A program made the translations under genes and the position numbers. A model generated the notes under the pieces. That model had not been told where the DNA came from. It was given only the letters and a program-made list of their open reading frames with translations, and searched no databases. A DNA stretch of 64,000 nt, taken from positions 183,774-247,773 of the forward strand of contig CAYYSJ010000002.1 of assembly GCA_964474445.1 (NCBI GenBank), read 5' to 3'. The stretch comes from an uncultured Gammaproteobacteria bacterium (lineage in GTDB: Bacteria > Patescibacteriota > Microgenomatia > Levybacterales > UBA12049). Below are positions 1 to 9,552 of this stretch, in pieces (the stretch's first letter is position 1; each line of letters begins with the position of its first letter).

Positions 1-823
1 AGGAAGCATTATGCTTTCTTCCCGTATTATTGAAGAATCGTCAGAGTTGAAAAACTATATCAATCAAACGCTATCAACAGCCCATTCTCAATTGCAAGGT
101 TTACCCGACTGGATTCGTCCAACAGCATATGATTTCTTGTTTAATCTAAGACGATCCAAATTTTTTAACTTTTTTGGAACACCTTCACTTTTCCCATTCT
201 TTTCCCAAGCAGTCTCACGACTCATCAGCTTCTTGATTTTTCTTTTTTCTGCGTTTTATTTCTTAAAAGATGGCAAGCTATTTTTCTTACGATTACGTCA
301 ATATGCCCCTAAGGAATACAAAGAAGATGTAGAAGAACTTCTTCGGAAAATTAGTATGTTACTTGGAGGATATTTACGAGGAGAAATTTTTCTTGTATTC
401 CTCATGTCGTTATCCACCTTTATTGCTTTAAGCATTCTCGGTATTCGTTTTGCAGCTATTGTTGCAATTTTTTCTGGATTTGCTGAAATAGTTCCAGTTA
501 TTGGGCCAATTGTTGCGGGAGCTGTTGCAGTCATAGTAGTTCTCCTTACCCAGACAGTAAACTTTGGTTTGTCTCCTCTGAATGCAGCTATCATTATCAT
601 TATCATTTACTTTATGCTACGCCAATTGGAAGATTACTTTGTGATTCCATACGTGATGGGGAAAATTACCAAGTTACCACCATTTATTATCTTCTTTTCT
701 GTGATTGCAGGACAACATTTGGCAGGGCTTTTAGGACTTATTCTTGCAGTTCCATTTACAGCAATTCTTCGATTATTGTTAGAATTTTACTTTGAAAAGA
801 TCAGTACAAAACGAGGGAAATAA
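1..823 (+). CDS. AI-2E family (PerM/YhhT, UPF0118) transporter, N-terminally truncated by window edge
   Basis: ORF 11..823 translates to a multi-TM protein with G/A/I/V-rich C-terminal helices typical of AI-2E permeases. 270 aa is shorter than the usual ~350 aa and the ORF runs to the window start, so the true start is probably upstream. Confidence 0.65.
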   Translation, partial: GSIMLSSRIIEESSELKNYINQTLSTAHSQLQGLPDWIRPTAYDFLFNLRRSKFFNFFGTPSLFPFFSQAVSRLISFLIFLFSAFYFLKDGKLFFLRLRQYAPKEYKEDVEELLRKISMLLGGYLRGEIFLVFLMSLSTFIALSILGIRFAAIVAIFSGFAEIVPVIGPIVAGAVAVIVVLLTQTVNFGLSPLNAAIIIIIIYFMLRQLEDYFVIPYVMGKITKLPPFIIFFSVIAGQHLAGLLGLILAVPFTAILRLLLEFYFEKISTKRGK

Positions 824-882
824 TTCTTTTCCTGCAAGGAAGATCGGCGAGAGTTTCGTTAAATATATTTTCAGTAATAGAG

Positions 883-1313
883 TGTTCTAGGAAGAGAGTA
901 AGCCAGATTCTGTTTTGTCTTTTTCATCCTTTGATAATCTCCGGATTTAGGACTAGTCCGCAATCTTTCTTACGTATGATGTTTGCTCACACATACCTGC
1001 CTTGTCGGCAAGGTGCCTTCGATCTTTCGTGCTGGGTAAGATACGTTAACGCACGCTTTGAGATGCACCACTTGATACATCCCATCGGAAGTTGCAGCAG
1101 GGAGGATTGCCCGTTTCACACCCATTCGTCTCTGTTGCTCTCAAATCCTGTTTATTCAGGACCCGTTCTTTTTGTCACATATGGGTAAAACAAAAAGACA
1201 CAAGCTATTGCTAGTTGGAGCTTACGCTCCATCCCTGATCTTCCATCTGTCTGGACTTTCCTCGATGAAGAAAAGTAAATTCACTTCACCGTAGCGGTCC
1301 TTCTTCCTAGAAC
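883..1313 (-). ncRNA. rnpB: RNase P RNA (bacterial type, rnpB)
   Basis: Minus-strand read shows the P4 5' strand GAGGAAAGTCCAGAC (consensus GAGGAAAGUCCGGGC) and the P4 3' strand ACAGAATCTGGCTTA (consensus ACAGAAcCCGGCUUA) with compensatory CCAGA/TCTGG pairing. Also present: GGGTGTGAAACGG (GGGUGAAA-like), AGCAACAGAGACGAA (E. coli GCAACAGAGAGCAAAC) and a P1 helix GTTCTAGGAAGA...TCTTCCTAGAAC. The region is more GC-rich than its flanks, and the only ORF here (931..1188) is antisense to the RNA. Confidence 0.85.
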
Positions 1314-1392
1314 ACCTGTAATTATAGCACAGTCATGTGTAGATTGCTAACCTGGAAGATGAGAAAGACAAGGAGGATGGTTTGGTTTCCGA

Positions 1393-4290
1393 TTAGACCT
1401 GACAAAGCATTTTGTATTCGCAATTCTCACAAGCAATTGACTTATTGCAAAAGAAATCACTATGTTCAATTTCTTCAGCTTTTTTCAGAATAATTTCTTT
1501 TGCCTTTTCTAATTGTTCTAGGGTACGTGTTGTACTGAATTTTTTCCCTTCTTCAAGGTAATAAAGGGAAAGGATAACTTCATCTGGACGGCGATGGAAG
1601 AGCGGATCACGAATCTCAGAGGCTGCAAGGCCATATAGAGTAAGCTGAAAATTATTCACTATTTCTTTTTCAGTTGGTACATTGTTTCCGGTTTTATAGT
1701 CTATAATTTCAAGTCTTTTTTCATCAAGCCTATCAATTCTATCTATTCTTCCTCCAACTTTTATTTTTCCAACAGGGAACTGAAATGGAATTTCAAGACC
1801 AATCGGTAAGTTGTCAGGAGTAAAATTACTTTGAATATAGTTCTTTATAAGAAAAAGAGCTTGTTGATATGCTGTCTCTTGATGAACATTACTGGTATAT
1901 CCTTCTGAAATCCATTCATCACGAAGGATAGTATCAATATCATCAATAGTTACGTTTTCGCCTTCTACTGCACGTAAATAAAATTCTTTCAGTGAGCTAT
2001 GAATGCTAGTCCCAAACGATTGGCTTGCAGTTTGTGGCGTTGGAATTTTTAGCAAGTATTTTAGTTTGTAATGAAGAGGACACATATCAAATGTTTGAAT
2101 TTGAGAATAGGATAAATATGTTACTGGAGAATTATGGACAAAAGCTGTATCCGAGTGGGGATTAATTTTGGGAAATATATCAATAAGACTTAATTGTGTT
2201 TTCCCTTTGGACAGTTGCAATTGTGCTTTCTCAACTTCCGCTGTTCCTACTGCTTCTAAAACAAAAGGAGATATTTTTCTTTCTCTTTTCCCTTCACCAT
2301 AAAAATGAGATGCAGTTAAAAAAAGCATGTCTTTTGCTCTTGTCATTGCCACATAAAATAGTCTGCGCTCTTCTTGTAGATGGAAATCTCCTTCAGGAAG
2401 AATCTCTTTAATCAGATTATCATGGATAGGAATTTGTTCTTTTCTCTCTCGAGAAGGGAAGCGCTGTGTAACTAAATTGGTAATAAAAACTACTGGGAAT
2501 TCTAAGCCTTTACTTGAATGAATAGTGAGTATATTAACAGCATTATTTTCACTCCAGTCAACAGTTGCAGCAAGGGGACTTTCTCCCATTTGCATAGAGA
2601 GGTCTATCCAGTCAACAACAGCAAAAATAGATGCGTTATCATGTTGTGCTTCATATGTCTTTAATTTCTCAAAAAACTTTGCAATGTTTTGTGCTCTTAC
2701 TTCATCTTTCTGATTCTTTACCTCTAGATATTCTTTCAAGAGGCCACTATCTTCCAAGAAATAGTAAAGAATTTGTCCTGCTGTTTCTTTAGGAACAAAT
2801 TGAAGATGCTTTTGCAGAAGATCAAGGATATGTTTTATTTTATTTTTTGCTTCTTCGGTAATATCAACTTCTTCTGTCCTTTGCATTGCTCTGAAAAGTG
2901 TTATATTCATTTTTTTTGCAAAGTTAAGAACTCCTGCAATATCAATTGCTGGTATATTGAAAATAGGCATCGTTAGTAGTCGATAGAGAGAAGAGGCGTC
3001 TTCAAAGTTATAGAGAACTTTCAAGTAGGCAATAAGATCCTTTATTTCTTCTTGGTGAAAAAGTTGTCCAGGACCGAGAAATTGGTAGGGGATGCGTTGT
3101 CTTTCTAGTGCTCTAAGAAAAGGTTGAGCGTGATCATTCGCTCTGACAAGAATCGCAAAATCTTTATAGTTGTAGTTTTTCTTTTTCATCAGTGTAACTA
3201 TTGTATTTACCACCCCTTCTGCTTCATTCTCTACAGCATCGGTGAGCAAGAACTGTACGGAGTCTCCCATAATGTTTCTTTCCGCTGCAAGTTTTTTATT
3301 AATGTTTTCTTTTACTTCTAATCGATCGGGATTGTTAAATTGAATTGCCTTATATGAGGTATCGAGAATATTTGCTGTAGAACGATAATTTTTGGTAAGA
3401 GTGACTATTTTTGCATCAGGAAAGTGTGTTCTAAATTGAATCATATTGGAAATTGCAGCACCTCTCCATCGGTAAATTGCTTGATCGTCATCTCCAACAA
3501 CTGTTACATTTTTCTTTTCTCCAGCGAGTAACATAATGAGTTGGTTTTGTGAGTAATTTGTATCCTGAAATTCATCAATCAAAATATAGGAAAATTGTTT
3601 TTGGTATTCCTTAAGGATATTTGGTCGAGTACGAAATAGCTTCAGTACATTAGCAATCAAATCGCTAAAATCCATAATTCCCTCTTTTGCTTTTAAGTCT
3701 TCATATGCTTGATAGGCATGTACTAATTCAGTTAATTTCCTATATTCTTCTTTTTCTTCGGGAGAATGAGGTTTGTTAGGGTATGTCTTGTGAATAAACG
3801 CCATGTATTCTTCTGCACTGATATCTTCATCTTTTAGTCTTGAAAAATGTTGCAGGAGACCTTGAAGAAATTTCATTGGATTTCCCAGTGGTCTGTAATA
3901 CGATAGGTTAAGACTAAAAATATGCTCCTTCAAGAAAAGCATCGATTCTGCTTCAGTAAGCATTTTATATTTACCATCAAGCCCAATATCAATTGCATGT
4001 TGTCTCAGGACTCTGTCAGCAAATGCATGGAAAGTTGCAATCCACATATCTGTATATCCATACGGCATAACTACATCAATTCGTTCTTCCATTTCTTTCG
4101 CTGCTTTCTCTGTAAAGGTGAGGGCAAGGATGTTATGTGGAGATATCTCTTTTTCTAAAATCAAATGTTTTATTCTCTCAGTAACGACAGTCGTTTTACC
4201 AGTTCCTGCTCCAGCAATAATAAGGAGAGGTCCATCACCATGCGTAATGGCAGCAATTTGTTCTTTGTTTAGCGTTTCATAGGTGGTCAT
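1393..4290 (-). CDS. UvrD/PcrA-family SF1 DNA helicase fused to a C-terminal Cas4/AddB-like PD-(D/E)xK nuclease domain with Fe-S cysteine cluster
   Basis: 965 aa. Walker A GAGTGKTT at the N-terminus and UvrD motifs (TFTEKAAKEM, DEFQDTN, VGDDDQAIYRWRGA). C-terminus carries RecB-nuclease motifs GRIDRIDR and EIIDYKTG, plus one Cys upstream (FDMCPLHY) and a terminal C-x5-C-x2-C-x5-C (CNKSIACENCEYKMLC), as in Cas4/AddB 4Fe-4S nuclease domains. Confidence 0.85.
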   Translation of the reverse strand: MTTYETLNKEQIAAITHGDGPLLIIAGAGTGKTTVVTERIKHLILEKEISPHNILALTFTEKAAKEMEERIDVVMPYGYTDMWIATFHAFADRVLRQHAIDIGLDGKYKMLTEAESMLFLKEHIFSLNLSYYRPLGNPMKFLQGLLQHFSRLKDEDISAEEYMAFIHKTYPNKPHSPEEKEEYRKLTELVHAYQAYEDLKAKEGIMDFSDLIANVLKLFRTRPNILKEYQKQFSYILIDEFQDTNYSQNQLIMLLAGEKKNVTVVGDDDQAIYRWRGAAISNMIQFRTHFPDAKIVTLTKNYRSTANILDTSYKAIQFNNPDRLEVKENINKKLAAERNIMGDSVQFLLTDAVENEAEGVVNTIVTLMKKKNYNYKDFAILVRANDHAQPFLRALERQRIPYQFLGPGQLFHQEEIKDLIAYLKVLYNFEDASSLYRLLTMPIFNIPAIDIAGVLNFAKKMNITLFRAMQRTEEVDITEEAKNKIKHILDLLQKHLQFVPKETAGQILYYFLEDSGLLKEYLEVKNQKDEVRAQNIAKFFEKLKTYEAQHDNASIFAVVDWIDLSMQMGESPLAATVDWSENNAVNILTIHSSKGLEFPVVFITNLVTQRFPSRERKEQIPIHDNLIKEILPEGDFHLQEERRLFYVAMTRAKDMLFLTASHFYGEGKRERKISPFVLEAVGTAEVEKAQLQLSKGKTQLSLIDIFPKINPHSDTAFVHNSPVTYLSYSQIQTFDMCPLHYKLKYLLKIPTPQTASQSFGTSIHSSLKEFYLRAVEGENVTIDDIDTILRDEWISEGYTSNVHQETAYQQALFLIKNYIQSNFTPDNLPIGLEIPFQFPVGKIKVGGRIDRIDRLDEKRLEIIDYKTGNNVPTEKEIVNNFQLTLYGLAASEIRDPLFHRRPDEVILSLYYLEEGKKFSTTRTLEQLEKAKEIILKKAEEIEHSDFFCNKSIACENCEYKMLCQV

Positions 4291-4340
4291 ATATCAGCAA
4301 TTGTAGCATAAAATTGAGGCTAAATGGAGGCAAGGACTCG

Positions 4341-4790
4341 TTATTGGACAATGATAACACCATGCTCATTTGGGTTCAGGTGATTGTGGTATCCATATCG
4401 ACCAGGTTTTGTAAACACAAGTGAAACAGATCCATTGTTCCAAAAATTCCCTAAGTTAAGCTGAGGATAATTTGTGTGTGTTGGGTGAGGATCAGAACTA
4501 ACATTTGCATCACTTCCTGATTTATTTACCCATGTTATTTTTGTTCCAGATGCGATAGTAATAACATTCGGGATAAATCCATAAGGAGTAACGGTGATAA
4601 GGATTTCAACAGGAATAGTTGGTGTTGGAGAAAGAGTGTTTTGGGTTCCAGAGATTGGAAAACTTTTCAGGGATGTTTGCATCATTGTTTTAAGATTAAA
4701 ATTTGCGTTTTTTGCCCAAAAGCTAAAGAGAAGAAGAAGGGTAATACCAAGCCCTGCAAAATATAATTTTTTCATGCGTACTTTGAGCAT
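4341..4790 (-). CDS. secreted hypothetical protein, cupredoxin-like fold suspected (copper ligands not obvious)
   Basis: 149 aa with an N-terminal hydrophobic signal/anchor (LYFAGLGITLLLLFSFWA). Beta-rich C-terminus ends ...GRYGYHNHLNPNEHGVIIVQ, reminiscent of cupredoxin C-termini but without the Cys ligand. Confidence 0.35.
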   Translation of the reverse strand: MLKVRMKKLYFAGLGITLLLLFSFWAKNANFNLKTMMQTSLKSFPISGTQNTLSPTPTIPVEILITVTPYGFIPNVITIASGTKITWVNKSGSDANVSSDPHPTHTNYPQLNLGNFWNNGSVSLVFTKPGRYGYHNHLNPNEHGVIIVQ

Positions 4791-4859
4791 ACACTAGACA
4801 TCTTTTACTTTGCAACCAGGATTGCGAAAAGGTACGTTTTGTATTAGGATGGAAAAACA

Positions 4860-5573
4860 ATGAATAACAATTTTTGTGCTCTCCCGCTTATTACAAAAAA
4901 ATTAGTAGCAAATGATATAGGGAGTTTTACGTTTTCAACAAAAGGGTATGATTTCCAATTTCTCCCAGGACAGTACACAACAATGCAGCTTTCTGTAGAT
5001 GGGATGCCTGAAACGAGAGACTTTAGTATTGCATCCTCACCTCTGGAAGAAAATCAAATAACAATTGTTACAAAAAAAGGGTTTAGCGGTTTTAAAAAGA
5101 GACTTTTTGAATTAGTAGAAGGTGATGAAGTCGAAATGCTTCCTCCTCGTGGAGGATTTATCCTTGATACTGTTGATAACACACCTCAAGTTTTTATTGC
5201 AGGGGGCATTGGAATAACACCCTTTTTTAGCATGCTCACCTACGCTGTGGGGAAACATAGCAAAAAACAATTAACACTTTTTATTTCTTTTTCCCGTGTT
5301 GAAGACATCATTTTCTATGATGAATTAAGTAGTATAGAGAGGCAAAATTCAAATATAAAAATTGTCTATACTGTTTCATCTCCTATAACCGGGTGGCATG
5401 GAGAAAGAGGACGGATTCATCCAGATTTGATTAAAAAATATGTGCCTAATGTACAAATCCCCAATTATTACATTGTTGGCAAAGCAGATATGGTTGATGA
5501 TATGTTTGCAATGCTGAGAGATCTAGAAGTACCAAGTGAAAAAGTAAAAATAGAGTATTTTACCGGTTACTAA
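4860..5573 (+). CDS. FAD/NAD(P)-binding oxidoreductase (ferredoxin-NADP reductase-like)
   Basis: 237 aa with RDFSIAS (RxYS-type FAD motif) and GGIGITPFFSML (NAD(P)-binding glycine motif) in the spacing expected for the FNR superfamily. Confidence 0.6.
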   Translation: MNNNFCALPLITKKLVANDIGSFTFSTKGYDFQFLPGQYTTMQLSVDGMPETRDFSIASSPLEENQITIVTKKGFSGFKKRLFELVEGDEVEMLPPRGGFILDTVDNTPQVFIAGGIGITPFFSMLTYAVGKHSKKQLTLFISFSRVEDIIFYDELSSIERQNSNIKIVYTVSSPITGWHGERGRIHPDLIKKYVPNVQIPNYYIVGKADMVDDMFAMLRDLEVPSEKVKIEYFTGY

Positions 5574-6550
5574 TCATCAAGGAATTTTTCCTGTTTATTT
5601 TCAAAGCTCCTTGTTGAAGATAGCTTATCTCCTAATGAAGTAAATCCTTTTATGACCTGCGTGTATTGAGAAGAGGCATTTGTTAAATGTTTTCCTAGGA
5701 CATCAAGGGAATCATTTACTTTTGCATGATCAATCTGCAAAGCTCGAAGAAGTCGAAACACCTCTTTACTTCTTTGCTCAATTTTTTTGCCTTCAAATGA
5801 GAGTAGAATTGTTTGCAAGTGAGCATACAATGTGCTTGGAGAGACAATGTACACACGAGATTTTCGAGCGTATTCTAATATGTCATCGATATTTACCAAT
5901 TCGTAAAAAACAGATTCGCTTGGTACATACATAAGTGCAAAATCCATTGTTCCTTCATCAGGCAGAATATATTTCTTGGAAATTGCATCAATATGCTTTT
6001 TAACATCTTTTGCAAACTCTTTTTTATATTCATCTTTTTCTTTTTGATCCGTTGCTTTGCTATATCTTTGAAAGTTTTCCAAAGGAAACTTCGAGTCTAT
6101 AGAAAGAATACCTGCATCTGTTTGGATTGCAGCATCAACTTTTTCTCCACTCCTAAATTGATATTGCAGGTGAAAACTATTCTTTGGAAAAACTTGCTGG
6201 ATTAAGTCCTTCAAAACTTGTTCTCCAAGATTTCCTCGAAGTTTTGGACTTTTAAGAAAATCTTGTAGCTCTTGCATATTCCGTCCAATCTCACTCATTT
6301 TCCCAACCTCTTTATTGACATCCCTCATAACCTCAGCTGCTCTATCTAAACGTTCATTAAGTTGGCGGGTATTCTCTTGAAGGACACGAGTCATTTGAGA
6401 GGAGTTTTGTTGCAGGGATGATTGGACTGTTTTAATCCATTCAAGGAGTGTTGGATCAACAGTCGTTGTTTGTCTTTTATTGAGAAGATAGAACATGACT
6501 CCAAAACCGAGAATAAGGATTACAGAAAGGAGTAGAAATTCAATGGGCAT
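5570..6550 (-). CDS. DNA recombination protein RmuC family
   Basis: 326 aa with an N-terminal TM helix and a coiled-coil region. C-terminal RmuC-like block DFALMYVPSESVFYELV...YIVSPSTLYAHLQTI. Confidence 0.65.
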   Translation of the reverse strand: MPIEFLLLSVILILGFGVMFYLLNKRQTTTVDPTLLEWIKTVQSSLQQNSSQMTRVLQENTRQLNERLDRAAEVMRDVNKEVGKMSEIGRNMQELQDFLKSPKLRGNLGEQVLKDLIQQVFPKNSFHLQYQFRSGEKVDAAIQTDAGILSIDSKFPLENFQRYSKATDQKEKDEYKKEFAKDVKKHIDAISKKYILPDEGTMDFALMYVPSESVFYELVNIDDILEYARKSRVYIVSPSTLYAHLQTILLSFEGKKIEQRSKEVFRLLRALQIDHAKVNDSLDVLGKHLTNASSQYTQVIKGFTSLGDKLSSTRSFENKQEKFLDD

Positions 6551-6578
6551 GTGACTAGTATATCACGTCAATAAAAGG

Positions 6579-7475
6579 TCAGAGAGAAATAAAGATCAGT
6601 CCAAGGAAAATAAGGAAAATTGATAGACTTTTCAACAATAGTGTGTTTTTCTCTATATCCTCTGATACGATATAGGGGAATTTTATAGACAAGATAATTG
6701 CAAATATGAATACAAAAAAAGATTGTGTCCCTGTGAGAACGCTAACAAGTGCAACTGGTGCTATGGAGAAAGCAAAGGAAGACGAGAGTTCCGCAAGGAT
6801 AGCTATGGCTTGATTTATACTCATAATCCCCCAAATAGGAAACGATAGGTGGAGACCTTCTTTGAGCCAACTCTTTCGATAAGGAGGCACAAGTAATAAA
6901 AGCAATGCAGCAATACCTCCACCAAGTGCTTGATAGAAAAATGCAGTCCAAAAGTCAGTAGTAACAACAACATATTTAAAAAGTATTGGAGCAAGAGAAT
7001 ATAAAAGGCTTGATAACAACATGAGCCAAAAAGCTCTTCTTGGTTTGAGTATTTTTGACTCACCCTTTTCTGCAGTAAGCATAAATGCGCCAACAAATGT
7101 CACCGCAAAGCCCAGAAGTTGATGAGTGGTGATTCCTTCATGAAGAAATAAGTATGAAAAAGAAAGAACGAGTAATGGAATAAACTGGAAAAGGGGAACA
7201 ATACGAGAAGAATCTTCTTTTTGTAAAGCCTTAAAATAAGGAATGAGATAAAAGACAAACACCATTCCAGATAAAAGTAATGCAGCTATTTGAATAAACG
7301 TTAGTGTAGCAATATGATGAAAAAGTAAAATCCCTACTCCCAACATGAAATATAACCACCCTTCATTCAAAATAATGATAATTGGGTTCTCAACGTGTTT
7401 GTCAGATAAAAATTTCTCTCCTAAACTATCTATGGCATTGAGAATAGGAGGTATGAGAGCAAATAGAATCCACAT
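6579..7475 (-). CDS. EamA/DMT-superfamily transporter
   Basis: 298 aa, about 10 predicted TM helices in two halves, typical of EamA-domain duplications. Confidence 0.6.
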   Translation of the reverse strand: MWILFALIPPILNAIDSLGEKFLSDKHVENPIIIILNEGWLYFMLGVGILLFHHIATLTFIQIAALLLSGMVFVFYLIPYFKALQKEDSSRIVPLFQFIPLLVLSFSYLFLHEGITTHQLLGFAVTFVGAFMLTAEKGESKILKPRRAFWLMLLSSLLYSLAPILFKYVVVTTDFWTAFFYQALGGGIAALLLLLVPPYRKSWLKEGLHLSFPIWGIMSINQAIAILAELSSSFAFSIAPVALVSVLTGTQSFFVFIFAIILSIKFPYIVSEDIEKNTLLLKSLSIFLIFLGLIFISL

Positions 7476-7504
7476 GGTGTTAGTGTATCAGGAAGGGAGA
7501 ACTA

Positions 7505-8965
7505 TTAGAAGTTGTTCCAGAGGACTTGATTCGTAACTTCGTGATGATAGACAACTTCTCCTGATTTCACTTTTGTCCCTAATTCTTTTGGTGACCTATC
7601 TGCAGTTGCTTGTTTGAATTTAAGATATTTTTGTTTGTTTTCTTCACCCAATATCTTTGTTACAAATTCACTTCCTTTAAAGAGCCTGAGTGCATCGTAG
7701 ACATTTCCCGGAAGCGTTTTCGTTCTGTCATTCTCGGAAGGTGTGAGACGTGTACCTTCAAGGCCTGTTCGAATGAGAGTATACAAGACAAGGTATGGAT
7801 TTGCATCTGGAGCAACAGATCTCACTTCTATACGAGCGGTTCGTTCATTTGCGACAGGAATTCGAATCATTGACCCTCTATCAATAGGCGATACTTTTAT
7901 TTGATTGGGTGCTTCAAAGTGAGGATCGAGTCTTCGATAAGCATTGACACTTGAATTAAGAACAAGACAAATTTCCTGAGCATGATGAAGTACTCGATAA
8001 ATAAAACTCCATGCTTCCTCAGAAAGCCCATCGTTACCTCCCTTTTTATAGAAAATATTTTTCCCATTTTTTGCAAGAGAAAAATTGGTATGCATACCGC
8101 TTCCATTAATACCAACAATTGGTTTAGGAAGAAATGTTGCAGTCATTCCCATTGTATGAGCAACTTGTCTACAAAGTAATTTGTATAGTTGAATTTTGTC
8201 GCATGCTTGTAATACTTCATCATAAGAAAAATTCATTTCGAATTGTGATGGTGCAACTTCTGGATGATCTTTTTCATTTTTAAATCCTAAAGCCCTTTGC
8301 GCTTCTGCTGCATTATCGATAAATCTTCGAAGTCCATCTAAGGGAAGTGAATTATAATATCCTCCTTGTGAAATCAATTGAAATCCTTGTTTTTCATCAA
8401 ATGTCTGTTCTGCATGCAGGCCATTAACAAGAAATCCTTCAATTTCAGCAGATGCATATGCCGTAAGCCCTTCTTTCTTTTTGAGATTTTCTGTATAGAG
8501 TTGGAGTTGCCCTCGAAAGTCAGAAACGTAGGGTGTATGATCTCTATCTAAGACATTTGCAAACATCAAAACTTTGCCAGGACCAAAAATGTCTGAGGGG
8601 AGATGTTTCATGCTTCCAAAATCAGGAGAAAGACGAAGATCAGATTCATGCTGTGCTGTAAAACCTCGAATCGATGATCCATCAAATGTTAAGTTATCAA
8701 ATGAATGAAGGAAAAATTTTTTATCATAATCAAGCATATGAAATCTTCCTTCTAAATCTGTAAAACAAAGTGTTATTGCTTTGAGTCTTTTTTCTTTTCC
8801 TAAATATTCTAATGTCTCTTGTTGTACTTTTTCTGATGAGAGCTTTTGTGCATTTTCAGCAAGTGTGAGATTCATTTCTTCCAAAACATCATAAGGAAGT
8901 TCAAGAAAATTTTTCATTTCAAGTGGTTCTGTAGTTACTGGTATAGACATTGTTTTTTTTGGCAT
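7505..8965 (-). CDS. glnA: glutamine synthetase (glutamate--ammonia ligase)
   Basis: 486 aa with the GS catalytic-domain signature KPIVGINGSGMHTNFSL, an N-terminal beta-grasp (FTDLEGRFH...DGSS) and a C-terminal nucleotide-binding region. Start MPKKT at 8965 (reverse complement). Confidence 0.75.
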   Translation of the reverse strand: MPKKTMSIPVTTEPLEMKNFLELPYDVLEEMNLTLAENAQKLSSEKVQQETLEYLGKEKRLKAITLCFTDLEGRFHMLDYDKKFFLHSFDNLTFDGSSIRGFTAQHESDLRLSPDFGSMKHLPSDIFGPGKVLMFANVLDRDHTPYVSDFRGQLQLYTENLKKKEGLTAYASAEIEGFLVNGLHAEQTFDEKQGFQLISQGGYYNSLPLDGLRRFIDNAAEAQRALGFKNEKDHPEVAPSQFEMNFSYDEVLQACDKIQLYKLLCRQVAHTMGMTATFLPKPIVGINGSGMHTNFSLAKNGKNIFYKKGGNDGLSEEAWSFIYRVLHHAQEICLVLNSSVNAYRRLDPHFEAPNQIKVSPIDRGSMIRIPVANERTARIEVRSVAPDANPYLVLYTLIRTGLEGTRLTPSENDRTKTLPGNVYDALRLFKGSEFVTKILGEENKQKYLKFKQATADRSPKELGTKVKSGEVVYHHEVTNQVLWNNF

Positions 8966-9277
8966 ACTATGTTGAAGACGACAATGTCAGAACTTGGAGA
9001 CTTCGTAGTCGGGGCCCTTCGATTATCTTAGGGTACATACTTCTACAATGAAGATATATTTTTTATAAACTTTTTGAAAAGAATTGTCAATAGGTAACTA
9101 TAAAAGAGAAATAATGTTCTAAAAAAATTTTAGAATTTTCAATTCATTATTTACAAGAAAAAATAATATGCATATACTAGAAGTATAGATAGATGAGTAA
9201 TAACGGATGAGAGAATGACTCTGTCAACTTTTATACGTATTGCTTGTAATACTAATGAAGAGGAGGTGATAAAAGTT

Positions 9278-9469
9278 ATGGCAAAAGGATGGTTACAATC
9301 AACTCTTGAAATGCTTGGTCTTTCTCAGAAAAAATCTGTTGCTGCACGAAAGCCTGCACGAAAAGCATCAAGACCTGCTGCAAAAAAAAGTAAAGTAGTA
9401 AAAGCAAAATCTACAGCAAAGAAAGTTGTTAAAAAAGCAGCAAAGACAACAAAAAAGAAAAAGAGATAA
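9278..9469 (+). CDS. small lysine/alanine-rich basic protein (histone H1-like / nucleoid-associated candidate)
   Basis: The internal ATG at 9278 is preceded by AGGAGGTGA at 9261-9269, a consensus SD, which the longer track ORF from 9215 lacks. 63-aa product MAKGWLQSTLEMLGLSQKKSVAARKPARKASRPAAKKSKVVKAKSTAKKVVKKAAKTTKKKKR. Followed by a hairpin plus T-run. Confidence 0.55.
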   Translation: MAKGWLQSTLEMLGLSQKKSVAARKPARKASRPAAKKSKVVKAKSTAKKVVKKAAKTTKKKKR

Positions 9470-9488
9470 TCGTTTTTATCCAAACTTA

Positions 9489-9540
9489 TCGCGTTAGTTA
9501 TTGAGAAGTCATAATTAGCGCGATATTTTTTTGTTGAAGT
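9489..9540 (+). terminator. rho-independent terminator-like hairpin after the small basic-protein gene
   Basis: ATCGCGTTAG...CTAATTAGCGCGAT imperfect stem followed by ATTTTTTTGTTG. Confidence 0.4.
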
Positions 9541-9552
9541 GGGTCATTTAGA

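Noticed and set aside
298-606. 102-aa minus-strand ORF inside the AI-2E transporter gene
   Set aside because: Antisense to a well-supported membrane-protein ORF. Its composition (MIMIMIAA...) reflects the reverse complement of hydrophobic codons.
931-1188. 85-aa plus-strand ORF in the 830-1390 gap
   Set aside because: It lies entirely antisense to the RNase P RNA and has no SD and odd Cys/His/Arg-rich composition, so it is a spurious ORF over a structured RNA gene.
8966-9214. glnA leader searched for tandem hexaloop hairpins (ANTAR target) or a glnA RNA motif
   Set aside because: Only short, unconvincing hairpins (GACTacgaAGTC) were found by eye. No ANTAR dual-hexaloop or glutamine-riboswitch-like structure could be supported without computation.
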